This document shows, piece by piece, positions 22,422 to 32,327 of a stretch of DNA of 64,000 nt. Under the pieces are notes generated by a model. That model saw only the letters and a program-made list of their open reading frames with translations. It searched no databases and was not told the origin of the DNA. How positions within the stretch are numbered: position 1 is the stretch's first letter; every line of letters begins with the position of its first letter. Location: contig JAVRCV020000007.1 in the NCBI GenBank assembly GCA_034530615.2, positions 96,001 to 160,000 of the forward strand, read 5' to 3'. Made by a program: the position numbers and the translations under genes. The stretch comes from Aulosira sp. ZfuVER01 (GTDB taxonomy: Bacteria > Cyanobacteriota > Cyanobacteriia > Cyanobacteriales > Nostocaceae).

Positions 22422-23474
22422 TTACTCGTTGCTTAAAGCTTCACTCAACAAATCACGATGCATTAAGGCTCGATCCACTAAAGATTGAATTTGCTTCGGC
22501 GACAGGGGATCGCCATTAGCATAATGCTCCATCCAAGTTGTACTAATTAAATTGGCGTCCTCTGGTATATCCGCCAAATCCCACCCAGGCATAGATAAGT
22601 CTTCCATGAGACGATTTACCTTGGGATCGTAACTGAGAGCAAAACAGCGACATCCTTCAGCTGCTGCCATAATCAAGCTGTGTAGGCGCATACCAATGAC
22701 CATTTCCACACCGCGATACACACCTTTTAAAAGTTGTGGATCTTCCAGACACATAATCTGGCTCACATCTTTGAGTTGAGGTTGAATTTCCTCAGCAATT
22801 TCTAAATCTTCACTTTTTTGAAATGGCAATAGTAGAATAAACGTTTGCGTGGCTTTTTGAAAATCAGCCAAAGCACGAGTTAAATTTGCCAAGCGCGTTT
22901 CTGTAAGTTGGGGATGCGATCGCAAAGTCACCGCAACTCTGGGCGCAGGTAAATCCCAAAGTCCGGGTACTGGCTTAGATTCCAAAGCCCAAACTGGGTC
23001 AGGTGCAAGGATACAAGGAATTTGCCAATCAGCTAATAAATTCGCACTAGCGCGATCGCGTACACTGACCTTGGTACAACCAGCAAAAGTCTGTCTTGCT
23101 AACCAACGAGTTTGCGGACGCTTCAAGGGGCCAATTCCCTGGGCCCAAGCAACGGTTTTTAAACCCATTTTCTGTGCCAAAGTCATCAATCCCCCATAAT
23201 AAAATGGGTTGATGGCACTAGTAACATCTTGGATTAAACTACCACCGCCCCATATAAAAGCATCACAAGAGCGCAAAGCTTGCAGTACAGATGAAACAGC
23301 CATGCGATTGTGAGATTCCACACCATAGCGATCGCGGGTTTCCTCAGGATTACCAGAAAGCACCACAGGTGTGACATGAGGTGGTAGCATTTGCAAAAGC
23401 GTTGCCAATAGAGCTTCGTCACCACCATTACCTTTTCCGTAATACCCAGATAATAACGCCCGCATCGGTTTCAT
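22422..23474 (-). CDS. csaB: Polysaccharide pyruvyl transferase CsaB
   Basis: SGYYGxGNxGDEA, GGGSLIQD, AQGIGP, GMRLH, SYDPKV. Confidence 0.9.
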   Translation of the reverse strand: MKPMRALLSGYYGKGNGGDEALLATLLQMLPPHVTPVVLSGNPEETRDRYGVESHNRMAVSSVLQALRSCDAFIWGGGSLIQDVTSAINPFYYGGLMTLAQKMGLKTVAWAQGIGPLKRPQTRWLARQTFAGCTKVSVRDRASANLLADWQIPCILAPDPVWALESKPVPGLWDLPAPRVAVTLRSHPQLTETRLANLTRALADFQKATQTFILLLPFQKSEDLEIAEEIQPQLKDVSQIMCLEDPQLLKGVYRGVEMVIGMRLHSLIMAAAEGCRCFALSYDPKVNRLMEDLSMPGWDLADIPEDANLISTTWMEHYANGDPLSPKQIQSLVDRALMHRDLLSEALSNE

Positions 23475-23596
23475 TTTTAATTTTGGATTTTAGCTAATAG
23501 AGTTTGTTTGCACCTGATTATCTATCACTTATACAGATGTTAGGTGCGATGGCTGGCATACTTTCCAAAAAATCGGATTTTTCTTGTGGGAAGATG

Positions 23597-23704
23597 GGGA
23601 GAGGAGAAGCAGGGGAGCAGGGAGCAAGGGGAGAAATGAAAAATGTCCTTGACTCTTGCCTATTGACCCTTGACTTTTGACTTTTGACTTTTGACTTTTA
23701 ACTT
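23597..23704. repeat. STRR-type short tandem repeats (GGGGAGCA-like and TGACTTT)
   Basis: Directly visible tandem heptamer/octamer units. Confidence 0.75.
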
Positions 23705-23708
23705 ACTT

Positions 23709-24056
23709 ATGCACGCCCTTTCGATTCCCACCTGGATTATTCACGTTTCTAGCGTCATTGAGTGGATTGCCGCTATATGGTTAATCTGGACTTACGGCGA
23801 ACTTACTGGTAATCGGACTTGGTGGGGATTATCCTTCGCCATGTTACCGGCTTTGGTCAGCGCTATGTGTGCTTGCACCTGGCACTATTTTGACAATCCA
23901 GAATCTTTAGAATGGCTGGTAACACTTCAAGCTACCATGACCTTAGTTGGTAATTTTACTCTTTGGGCAGCGGCGGTGTGGATTTGGCGTTCCAGCAAAT
24001 CTGCCCAGAAGGGAATTAATTCTGTTGCAGCCCAACCTATCAAATCAGAGCGATGA
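23709..24056 (+). CDS. Ycf49-like / DUF2499 membrane protein
   Basis: MHALSIPTWIIHVSSVIEW...ACTWH. Confidence 0.8.
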   Translation: MHALSIPTWIIHVSSVIEWIAAIWLIWTYGELTGNRTWWGLSFAMLPALVSAMCACTWHYFDNPESLEWLVTLQATMTLVGNFTLWAAAVWIWRSSKSAQKGINSVAAQPIKSER

Positions 24057-24367
24057 TATCTAAAGACGCCCTTTTTGCCCTTTCACTGTTTCCTTATTTG
24101 GGTTTCTTGTGGTTTATCAGCCGCAGTAAGCAAATGCCACGTTTGGCTTTGTATGGATTTTATGGCACTTTAGTGTTTGTGGGTGTCACCATCCCAGCAG
24201 GAATTTATGCCAAGGTCCATTATGGTAAGGCTTTGGCAAATGTCGATTGGCTGCACGGTGGTGCAGAAGTTTTTTTAACCCTGACTAACATCTTGATTGT
24301 GATGGGTTTTTGGCAAGCTGTAAGGCAATTAAAACTGAAAACTTCAACAGAAAAACCCAACGTATAG
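24053..24367 (+). CDS. DUF3593-type membrane protein
   Basis: LFALSLFPYL...VDWLHGGAE; usual partner of DUF2499. Confidence 0.75.
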   Translation: MISKDALFALSLFPYLGFLWFISRSKQMPRLALYGFYGTLVFVGVTIPAGIYAKVHYGKALANVDWLHGGAEVFLTLTNILIVMGFWQAVRQLKLKTSTEKPNV

Positions 24368-24398
24368 CTAGCTTTGTGACTGCATTGAGGATGAGGTA

Positions 24399-25172
24399 AT
24401 GGATGTAATTCCAGCAATTGATTTACTAGAAGGCCGCTGTGTGCGACTTTATCAGGGTGACTACGATCGCTCGCAAGTTTTTAGCGAAAACCCTGCTGAT
24501 GTTGCTAAACAGTGGGTCGAACAGGGTGCTGCTAGGCTACACGTGGTCGATCTAGATGGTGCAAAAGCCGGTAAAGTAGTAAACTTGGGGGCAATTGAAG
24601 CGATCGCTCAAGCGGTATCAGTACCCATTCAAGTCGGCGGAGGAATGCGCGATCGCGCTAGCGTACAGCAAGTATTAAATCTAGGCATACAGCGAGCCAT
24701 TCTCGGAACCATTGCGGTAGAACAACCCCAGCTAGTACAGCAACTCTGCCAAGAATTTCCCGGACAGATTGTCATCGGTATTGATGCTCGCAACGGATTT
24801 GTAGCAACTCGCGGTTGGCTAGAAACTTCTGAAGTGTTAGCCACCCAACTAGCTGTACAAATGCAAGAATTGGGTGCAGCGGCGATTATTTACACCGATA
24901 TTCACCGCGATGGTACTCTCTCTGGCCCCAATTTAGATGCTTTGCGAGAGCTAGCTACCACAATTTCTATACCAGTAATTGCCTCTGGTGGAGTGAGTTC
25001 TGTCACCGATTTATTGAGCTTGTTGGCATTAGAAGCACAAGGCGTAACTAGTGTAATTGTCGGTCGTGCCTTATATACAGGCGATATTGACCTTAAAGAA
25101 GCACTGCGTGCGATCGGGCCAGGGCGCATTCAAGATATTCCACCCAATCTAGATTTTTCCACCTTTGCTTAA
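24399..25172 (+). CDS. hisA: ProFAR isomerase HisA
   Basis: [32 protein letters not shown]. Confidence 0.97.
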   Translation: MDVIPAIDLLEGRCVRLYQGDYDRSQVFSENPADVAKQWVEQGAARLHVVDLDGAKAGKVVNLGAIEAIAQAVSVPIQVGGGMRDRASVQQVLNLGIQRAILGTIAVEQPQLVQQLCQEFPGQIVIGIDARNGFVATRGWLETSEVLATQLAVQMQELGAAAIIYTDIHRDGTLSGPNLDALRELATTISIPVIASGGVSSVTDLLSLLALEAQGVTSVIVGRALYTGDIDLKEALRAIGPGRIQDIPPNLDFSTFA

Positions 25173-25414
25173 CATTACCTCTCTTCTTTGACAAGATTAC
25201 AAAGTTAATCTAGCTACAAGGTGGAAATGGTCACTATATGGGGATATGGGACTTTTTCCCTCCCCATCCTTTTACAAGAAGTAAATAGCGAACATCTACG
25301 AACAGCAAGATATATTAGGCTACACCTTGGTTCTTTTCCTAAATTTTCCGGATTAATAATTTATACTCCTGTAGTTCAAGTTGTAGAGAGTTAACAATCC
25401 AAGATTGTCTTCTT

Positions 25415-25540
25415 ATGGCTCGTCGAAAACCTCCCAACAATGGCAAGCCAGCCAAAACTGAGCCTGGTGCTATCAGGATCAACAGCAACCCAAAAACTGA
25501 AAATCAAGAACAGCCTAAAAAACTTGATGAAACAAATTAA
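25415..25540 (+). CDS. Putative 41-aa small protein (MARRKPPNNGKP...)
   Basis: ATG-to-TAA frame read by hand; shares a motif with the 25791 ORF; terminator downstream. Confidence 0.5.
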   Translation: MARRKPPNNGKPAKTEPGAIRINSNPKTENQEQPKKLDETN

Positions 25541-25623
25541 GTTTCTGGTTGTCAATTTTTTGAAAATTTAATTTTTATACTTTGTAATTTGAATTTTTTA
25601 ACGATAATGGGTTTCCTCTGTAT

Positions 25624-25657
25624 TAGAGACGTAAAATCATAACGTCTCTATTTTTTT
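25624..25657 (+). terminator. Rho-independent terminator
   Basis: TAGAGACGT / ACGTCTCTA stem followed by T7. Confidence 0.7.
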
Positions 25658-25790
25658 GCTATTTCTTAGCAGTTTTAAATTTTGAATTATCTGAAATATA
25701 AAGACTTAGAATAGTTTTCGGAAATGACCTGGCACATCATGTAGATTAAAAACATAGATAAATTTTGCATGATTTAAGAGGTTTAGGCTT

Positions 25791-25907
25791 ATGTCCAATC
25801 AACAAGGTAATTCCCAACAACCATCTAACCAAAAAGATATAAAAAATCAAGCAACAAGCAGGAAGAAACCCCTAAATAATGGAATTCCCCCTAAAAGAGA
25901 TCACTAA
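25791..25907 (+). CDS. Putative 38-aa small protein (MSNQQGNSQQ...RKKPLNNGIP...)
   Basis: AGAGG upstream; ATG-to-TAA frame; shared motif. Confidence 0.5.
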   Translation: MSNQQGNSQQPSNQKDIKNQATSRKKPLNNGIPPKRDH

Positions 25908-26040
25908 TTATGAATTAATAGATATGAAAATGCTGCTTTGTAGAAAAAAATTAGTAAGTAATTTCGTAGCCAGGACTAAATTCCTGACTACGAATCACTA
26001 AACTTACATCCCTACATTTATTTTCAGAGTAGAATCGGTT

Positions 26041-27120
26041 TTATTTATTCTTCACCTGACTCTTCGCCTGCTCTAATGCTATTTCTTTGATTGCTTGGTA
26101 CGAATTCACATTAGCAGTACCTTCAATTGCTTTTACTGCTAAATCCTGAACTTGTTTGAGAGCAGATTCAAGTTGCTTAGAAAGGTTTTGAATGCGAGTA
26201 TCTTGATTAGTAATTGTCTGTTCTAGAGATTGCAATCTCTGTTCATAAAAACGCTTCTGTCCTTCTACTTCTTTGCTATATAAATCTGATTTAATTTTAG
26301 CTTGATAGTAGGCAATACCTTTACCTTCTTCTGTTGCTTTTTTGAGAGCAGCTTCTTTCTCTTTAGGAAATGCTTCTACCTTAGCTTTATATTCTTCAAA
26401 TTGTTTTTCTCGTTCAGCAATTGCTTTCTCTCGTTCAGTCCACTCTTTCTCCGTTTCTTGTTGAAATTCTTCTAACTGCTTATTTAATTCTTTTTGCTGC
26501 TGTTCGTATTCATCTTTTGCTAATTTACGTTGCAGTTCCAAATTATACTTATACTCAGCCTCATCTCTTTGCCGAGTTCTTTTAAGATTTTCATCTCGTT
26601 CTTTAATTAATCTGTTATTTTCTTCTTGTTCTTTTATCCAAGTTTTTCTTTGCTCATCTATTTCTTGTAATAATAGTTCCTTTTGCTCGCTAAACTCTTC
26701 TTGATAGTTTTTAGAATTCTCTTCATAGTTGGCAATTAGAGTATCTAAAATATCTTCAGATATTTCTAAATTATGTAGTTGCTTTAGCTGTTGGACTTCT
26801 TGCCCTACATTTTCTCCAATTTCTGCTAATTTAGAGGCTTGCGTAGTTAGCTGTTCTGATAATTCATTTGCCGCGCTACCAAAGCCTAACTGAATTTTAG
26901 CCAAGCTTTCAATTGTATAATTCATCTTTTGCTGAACAGTAGATTGCGGATTCATAGTAGTTTTTGGCTCTAGTTTGGGTTTTTCTTTCGCGACAGATTG
27001 GTTTTCTTTTAGTGCTTGATTCAGTTGTGTTTTAACGGCTGCTGTCTCTTTGGCTAACTCTTCATAAGCTTGAAGTATTTCAGCTTTAGTACTCTTATCA
27101 GTTGGTTTTTTAACTACCAC
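26041..27120 (-). CDS. zacK: Coiled-coil-rich protein, probable ZacK (Alr4505-like)
   Basis: Long heptad E/K/Q-rich protein paralogous to its neighbour (shared KQxQDLA); name based on remembered synteny with sphR-sphS-phoU in Anabaena. Confidence 0.6.
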   Translation of the reverse strand: MVVKKPTDKSTKAEILQAYEELAKETAAVKTQLNQALKENQSVAKEKPKLEPKTTMNPQSTVQQKMNYTIESLAKIQLGFGSAANELSEQLTTQASKLAEIGENVGQEVQQLKQLHNLEISEDILDTLIANYEENSKNYQEEFSEQKELLLQEIDEQRKTWIKEQEENNRLIKERDENLKRTRQRDEAEYKYNLELQRKLAKDEYEQQQKELNKQLEEFQQETEKEWTEREKAIAEREKQFEEYKAKVEAFPKEKEAALKKATEEGKGIAYYQAKIKSDLYSKEVEGQKRFYEQRLQSLEQTITNQDTRIQNLSKQLESALKQVQDLAVKAIEGTANVNSYQAIKEIALEQAKSQVKNK

Positions 27121-27169
27121 AATTAACCTCTATAATTTCAAAAAAACTTGCTAAAACGATTAAGATAGC

Positions 27170-28147
27170 CTATTTAGAACTATCAAAAGCTCTCATTGCT
27201 AAGTCTTGTGCCTGTTTCAATGCAGTTTGTAGTTGAGCAGAAATTCCTTCAATTTGCTCTGTTTGTTTGTTAATAGTTTCTTCTAAAGACTGAATTTTTA
27301 ATTCGTAACTCTGTTTGCTAGATTCCCACTCTTTTTCAAATAAATCAGCTTCGACTTTGGCCTTTTGGCTTGTTTCTTTAATTGCTTCTTCTCTAGCCTT
27401 TTTAACTGCTTCTTCCAATTCAGTAGGAAATGCTGCTATTTTTTGCTGATATTCTGTAAACAGAGGTTTATTTTGAGTGAGAATTTTTTCACGTTCTGCC
27501 CAGTTTTTCTGTTTTTCTTGGGTACTTTCTTGTATTTCCCTTTCTAAATTGCGTTTCCGTGCTTCATAAGCATCTGTAGTTAATTTTCGTGTAGTTTCTA
27601 ACTTATATTGATATTCTTCTGCTTCAGAAGAGCGTTGTTTAACTAATACATCGTTGTAAGCTTGTAGCGCTTCTTCGTATTCTGCTTGCTCTTTCTGCCA
27701 CTCTTTACGCCTAGTTGTAATTTCTTTTTCCAGAGCTTCTCGCTTACTATAAATTTCTTGTTCTAGAGTTTTTAATTTTTCTTGATGTTCTTGATTTAAA
27801 ATGTCTAAAGCATCTGCTACAATTCTGATTTGTTGAAGCTCTTGTAACTGCTGAGTTTCAATTTCTATAGCCCGATTTAATTCATCTAATTTGGAGTTTT
27901 CTTTAGCTAATTTTTCTGATAGGGAATTGACAATACTACCAAATTCCAATTGTAAATCAGCTAAACCTTTAACAATACTATCAACAGTATATGTAGAAGC
28001 AGCTACCAAAATCTCTTGGCTTTTTGCCTTTTCTGCTTCCTCTTGTTTAGTAGCTATTTTTGAGTCTAATTTTTTTCTTTCTGCAAGAATTTGTTGAAAT
28101 GCTTGTACTATTTGTTGTTTGCTGTCTTTGATTGCAATTGTCGTCAT
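27170..28147 (-). CDS. zicK: Coiled-coil-rich protein, probable ZicK (Alr4504-like)
   Basis: Coiled coil; AAGGAG RBS; divergent from sphR; name based on remembered synteny. Confidence 0.6.
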   Translation of the reverse strand: MTTIAIKDSKQQIVQAFQQILAERKKLDSKIATKQEEAEKAKSQEILVAASTYTVDSIVKGLADLQLEFGSIVNSLSEKLAKENSKLDELNRAIEIETQQLQELQQIRIVADALDILNQEHQEKLKTLEQEIYSKREALEKEITTRRKEWQKEQAEYEEALQAYNDVLVKQRSSEAEEYQYKLETTRKLTTDAYEARKRNLEREIQESTQEKQKNWAEREKILTQNKPLFTEYQQKIAAFPTELEEAVKKAREEAIKETSQKAKVEADLFEKEWESSKQSYELKIQSLEETINKQTEQIEGISAQLQTALKQAQDLAMRAFDSSK

Positions 28148-28352
28148 ATTCTAACTCCTTTAAACACGCAACAATGTAGTGAGTAGCAAGCCATACCAAG
28201 GCTTACCTATGCAGACATCAGGCTAGCCTGGAAATGTGCATTTTTCACGCAGTGCAAATACTGAAACCGAGACTCAACAAACACTCAAAATTATCCATAA
28301 CTATCTACACAAGTGTCTGCTGGTTTCAATGGAAAAGCTTGATTAATTTTAT

Positions 28353-28366
28353 AGTACTTTTGTACT
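28353..28366. promoter_or_regulatory. Putative LexA box
   Basis: AGTACTTTTGTACT matches the cyanobacterial consensus AGTACWNWTGTACT. Confidence 0.7.
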
Positions 28367-28372
28367 ATAAAA

Positions 28373-28402
28373 AATATACTCAATTACTTCCGTTATTGTC
28401 AA
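28373..28402 (-). promoter_or_regulatory. Putative sigma70-type promoter for the coiled-coil operon
   Basis: TTGACA-N18-TATATT on the minus strand. Confidence 0.5.
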
Positions 28403-28619
28403 GAAGGAATTGCAGTTATACAGAAATTAAAGATCTTAAGTTATCGAAAACACTCTTACCTGCTTGTAGCCGCAGTGATTTATAATATGTAACATTCTGT
28501 GATGTATGTTACGTTTTATCAATTAGAGCATCACGCCAGAGGCGTAAATGCACTGAGGCTCGATAATTGATTCAGTCATCGTCTTAATAGCAGCAAAGAC
28601 TCAAACTTTTGTAATCTCA

Positions 28620-29372
28620 ATGTATACCAGCGAATCAACCAAGTTTTCTGCCAAAGCGGACATAGGGCAAACAAGCCGCATTCTAGTAGTAGAAGATGAA
28701 GAACTAATCCGGGAAATGCTAGTGGTAGCGTTGGAGGAAGAAGGCTATGGAGTAGTAACGGCTACTGATGGGCGATCGGCTGTAGAATATCTCAAAAATT
28801 TTGAACCCAACTCAGGAGAAGTGGCCTTTGATTTGGTAATCCTTGATTTAATGCTGCCGCAGATCAATGGATTAGATATTTGTCGCTTACTGCGTCATCA
28901 AGGAAACCCAGTACCGATTTTGATGCTGAGTGCCAAAGGTAGCGAAACTGACCGGGTTCTGGGTTTAGAAGTAGGAGCAGATGACTATCTCACCAAACCC
29001 TTTAGTATGCGGGAGTTAGTTGCTCGCTGTCGTGCTTTACTTCGCCGCCAGCGTTTCAGCACTTTACCTCAACTACCCGTATTAAAGTACAAGGATGTGA
29101 GCTTGAATCCCCAAGAGTGTCGCGTGCTAGTTCGCGGTCAAGAGGTAAGTTTGTCGCCTAAAGAGTTTCGGCTTCTAGAACTGTTTATGAGCTATGCTCG
29201 TCGGGTTTGGTCGCGGGAACAATTGCTGGATCAAGTTTGGGGGCCTGATTTTGTCGGAGATAGTAAAACTGTGGATGTTCACATCCGTTGGTTGCGGGAA
29301 AAATTAGAGATAGACCCTAGTCGTCCAGAGTACATTGTGACTGTCAGAGGATTTGGCTATCGATTTGGATAA
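28620..29372 (+). CDS. sphR: Phosphate regulon response regulator (PhoB/SphR)
   Basis: OmpR-family REC plus winged helix (KTVDVHIRWLR, TVRGFGYRF); linked to a kinase and phoU. Confidence 0.88.
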   Translation: MYTSESTKFSAKADIGQTSRILVVEDEELIREMLVVALEEEGYGVVTATDGRSAVEYLKNFEPNSGEVAFDLVILDLMLPQINGLDICRLLRHQGNPVPILMLSAKGSETDRVLGLEVGADDYLTKPFSMRELVARCRALLRRQRFSTLPQLPVLKYKDVSLNPQECRVLVRGQEVSLSPKEFRLLELFMSYARRVWSREQLLDQVWGPDFVGDSKTVDVHIRWLREKLEIDPSRPEYIVTVRGFGYRFG

Positions 29373-29425
29373 TTGCCTAGGATAGTTGTTAGTTTTTAGT
29401 AGTTATCAAAAAACTAATGACTTAA

Positions 29426-30739
29426 ATGCTTTTATTGGGATTTTGTTTGGGTTTAGCGGTAGGCATTGGGTTTTGGATTTGGCAACAGGTCCAACTAGAG
29501 CGCTATTTGGAGCGAGTACTCAAACCTTTAAATTCTCACTCTTCTAAAGTAATACTGCCGCTAATTCCTCATTTACGGCAGGAAATTGCAATGGTAAAGC
29601 AGCAGCGACAGGATCTACAGCAGTCGCTGGAGACGTACCAAGAACTGTTGGATGTTGCACCATTGGGATATTTGCAGGTGGATGAAGAAAATCAACTGCT
29701 GTGGTGCAATCAGCAAGCTAGGGAGATATTGTATCTGGAGCGCTGGCAACCAGGTCAAGTGCGATTGTTACTGGAATTAGTGCGTTCTTATGAACTTGAC
29801 CGCTTAATTGAACAAACTCGCGATCGCCAACAACCACTGGTGAAAGAGTGGGTATTTCACCCTTCTTGTGAGGATGCAACAGCAATGTTAGAAATAAAAT
29901 CGCTGGCTATACGGGCATCCAGCTTTCCCTTACCGCAAGGACAAGTAGGAGTATTTTTAGAAAATCGCCAACCCCTGCTAGATATGAATCAAGTAAGAGA
30001 TCGTTCTTTTTCGGATCTAGCTCACGAACTCAGAACACCACTGACTTCGATTCGTCTGGTTGTGGAAACTTTACAAAATCGTTTAGAACCACCTTTAAAT
30101 CGTTGGGTTAACCGTCTGATGCTAGAAGTCGATCGCTTGATCAACTTGGTACAAGGTTGGTTAGATCTAACTCAAATGGAAACAGATCCCAGCATTCAAT
30201 TGCATCCAGAAGCAGTAGAAGTGCGATCGCTAATTGCATCCGTTTGGGAAACTTTAGAACCATTAGCACAAAGGCAGCATCTCAATCTTAACTATTCGGG
30301 AGCAGAATCTCTCTGGATTAAAGCCGATCGCTCCCGAATGTACCAAGTGTTTCTCAACTTGCTCGACAACAGCATCAAATACAGCCCTCCTTGTACAACC
30401 ATTCAAATCCAAGCCAAAATTTTAGCGGCAAAAGATGCTCATCAGGGCAATATTACTTTTTCTACCTTGGAAATCAATATCATTGATTCGGGAGTTGGAT
30501 TTTCCGAAACAGATTTACCCCATGTTTTTGAACGTTTTTACCGAGGAGATAAAGCACGAACGCGGGATTCAGTACAAGATACTAATTCTACTACTACAAT
30601 TGTTGGTAGTGGTTTAGGTTTGGCAATAGTCAGGCAAATTGTTCTCGCTCACGGTGGTTTAATCAAAGCCATGAATCACCCCGAAACTGGTGGCGCATGG
30701 ATACAAGTTCAACTCCCGGAAGTTATGGCAAATACTTGA
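29426..30739 (+). CDS. sphS: Phosphate sensor histidine kinase (PhoR/SphS)
   Basis: PAS-like region, AHELRTPL, HATPase boxes; operon context. Confidence 0.88.
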   Translation: MLLLGFCLGLAVGIGFWIWQQVQLERYLERVLKPLNSHSSKVILPLIPHLRQEIAMVKQQRQDLQQSLETYQELLDVAPLGYLQVDEENQLLWCNQQAREILYLERWQPGQVRLLLELVRSYELDRLIEQTRDRQQPLVKEWVFHPSCEDATAMLEIKSLAIRASSFPLPQGQVGVFLENRQPLLDMNQVRDRSFSDLAHELRTPLTSIRLVVETLQNRLEPPLNRWVNRLMLEVDRLINLVQGWLDLTQMETDPSIQLHPEAVEVRSLIASVWETLEPLAQRQHLNLNYSGAESLWIKADRSRMYQVFLNLLDNSIKYSPPCTTIQIQAKILAAKDAHQGNITFSTLEINIIDSGVGFSETDLPHVFERFYRGDKARTRDSVQDTNSTTTIVGSGLGLAIVRQIVLAHGGLIKAMNHPETGGAWIQVQLPEVMANT

Positions 30740-30788
30740 AGCCAAGACTATATTAAAAAAAAATAACTTCACGTTTGAGAATACAAGT

Positions 30789-31457
30789 GTGAAAGCAGCC
30801 TTTTATAGCCCCAATCCCGATGGAAACCAGCTGGCGCGCGCTATTAGGCGCTTAGAGCGAGATGTATTACGCATGGGAGCTTTGGTGGAACAATCGTTTC
30901 GTCTCAGCCACCAAGCCTTATTTTCCCGCAATCTCACAGCAGCTGAGGAGCTTCCGCAATTAGATAAAAAAATCGATCGCTTTTATAGACAAATCGAGTC
31001 AGACTGTACAACAATCATGACACTGCAAGCAACTACGCCACAAGATTTGCGTTGCTTGAGTGCATTTATGCAGCTAGTGCGAGATTTAGAACGGATTGGG
31101 GATTACGCCGAAGATCTTGCTGAAATTGCCATTAAAATCTTTCCTTACCCGCCTCATGCATCGTTACCAGAGATTGCAGTGATGTCTCATCATGCTCAAG
31201 CTATGTTAGCTACTAGCTTGGTGGCTTTAGCTGATTTGGATGAAGCTAGTGGGCGCAGTGTTAAACACTTAGATGATGCTGTCGATAATGCCTATGAGCG
31301 TCTCTATCAGACTTTAGCTTTTCAAAGGGATGTTCCCGGCGTAGTGGAACCCATTGTTCTGTTGGCATTGGCCATTCGCTGTTTAGAACGCATGGCAGAC
31401 CATGCTACTAATATTGGTCAACGAGTAGCATACATTGTTACTGGTCAACGTTCCTGA
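30789..31457 (+). CDS. phoU: Phosphate signalling protein PhoU (SphU)
   Basis: DLERIGD and LERMADHATNI repeats; GTG start is approximate. Confidence 0.93.
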   Translation: MKAAFYSPNPDGNQLARAIRRLERDVLRMGALVEQSFRLSHQALFSRNLTAAEELPQLDKKIDRFYRQIESDCTTIMTLQATTPQDLRCLSAFMQLVRDLERIGDYAEDLAEIAIKIFPYPPHASLPEIAVMSHHAQAMLATSLVALADLDEASGRSVKHLDDAVDNAYERLYQTLAFQRDVPGVVEPIVLLALAIRCLERMADHATNIGQRVAYIVTGQRS

Positions 31458-32327
31458 TTTAGGCTACTAAACCCTAAAAACAAGAAATTGGGACTAACAG
31501 AAGAGGCTGGGGAGCAGGGATCAAGGGGGAAGATTTAGGATTTCCTCTGGCAAAAGTGTTTCAAGCCCACGCCACTTCTATTTTTTGGATAAAAAATTAG
31601 TGAAATGTATGATATTTCACTAAAAGCTTACCTGTTCTTAAACTTTCAACTTTAAAGTTAGGCCAAAATAACACAGTAATACTTGTAGCCCAGTCAGACT
31701 GATAAGTATCACTTGTTTGGATTTCTTGATGTTTAGGGGAAAAAGTTCAGGGGGATCAATAATTGGTTTTTCCAAATATTGTATAAAATAACACAGTCTA
31801 TTCAGATCTATCAAAGCAAGATAGCAAGCTGGTAAATTTTGAGTAATTAAAGGCAAGGAAGAACAAGAGATTTTATTTAATCAATACTTGGTAGCATTTG
31901 TTGCATATTTTTGGATTCTTGTTTCAGCAGAAAAATGTATGGAGCATCACAGATTTGTATTCTAGAAAGCTTAACAATATTGTCAAAAGTAATACTTAAC
32001 TTTATTCTTCCATCTGCAACAAAATTAGTTAAGCCTGTTAATTTTGCTAAAATTACGCTAATTAAGAAATGTTTTCACCACAAAATAGCAAGTGTGAATA
32101 GTTCAGTTAACGTTCAATTAAATGAACTTAGTAAATATAAAAAATTAGCTAGGCTTATTATCGAAATATTTTATTATTTTCATAGATGAATATATCTATC
32201 TTTATCTTTATTCAAAATTTCTGAATCAATTTTCCCAAGCATTGTAATCTATATAATCAAGTATTAAATTAATCTTGACTGTTGTTCAAACACTCAAGCA
32301 TTTCTACTCCATCAAACCTGTATCTGA

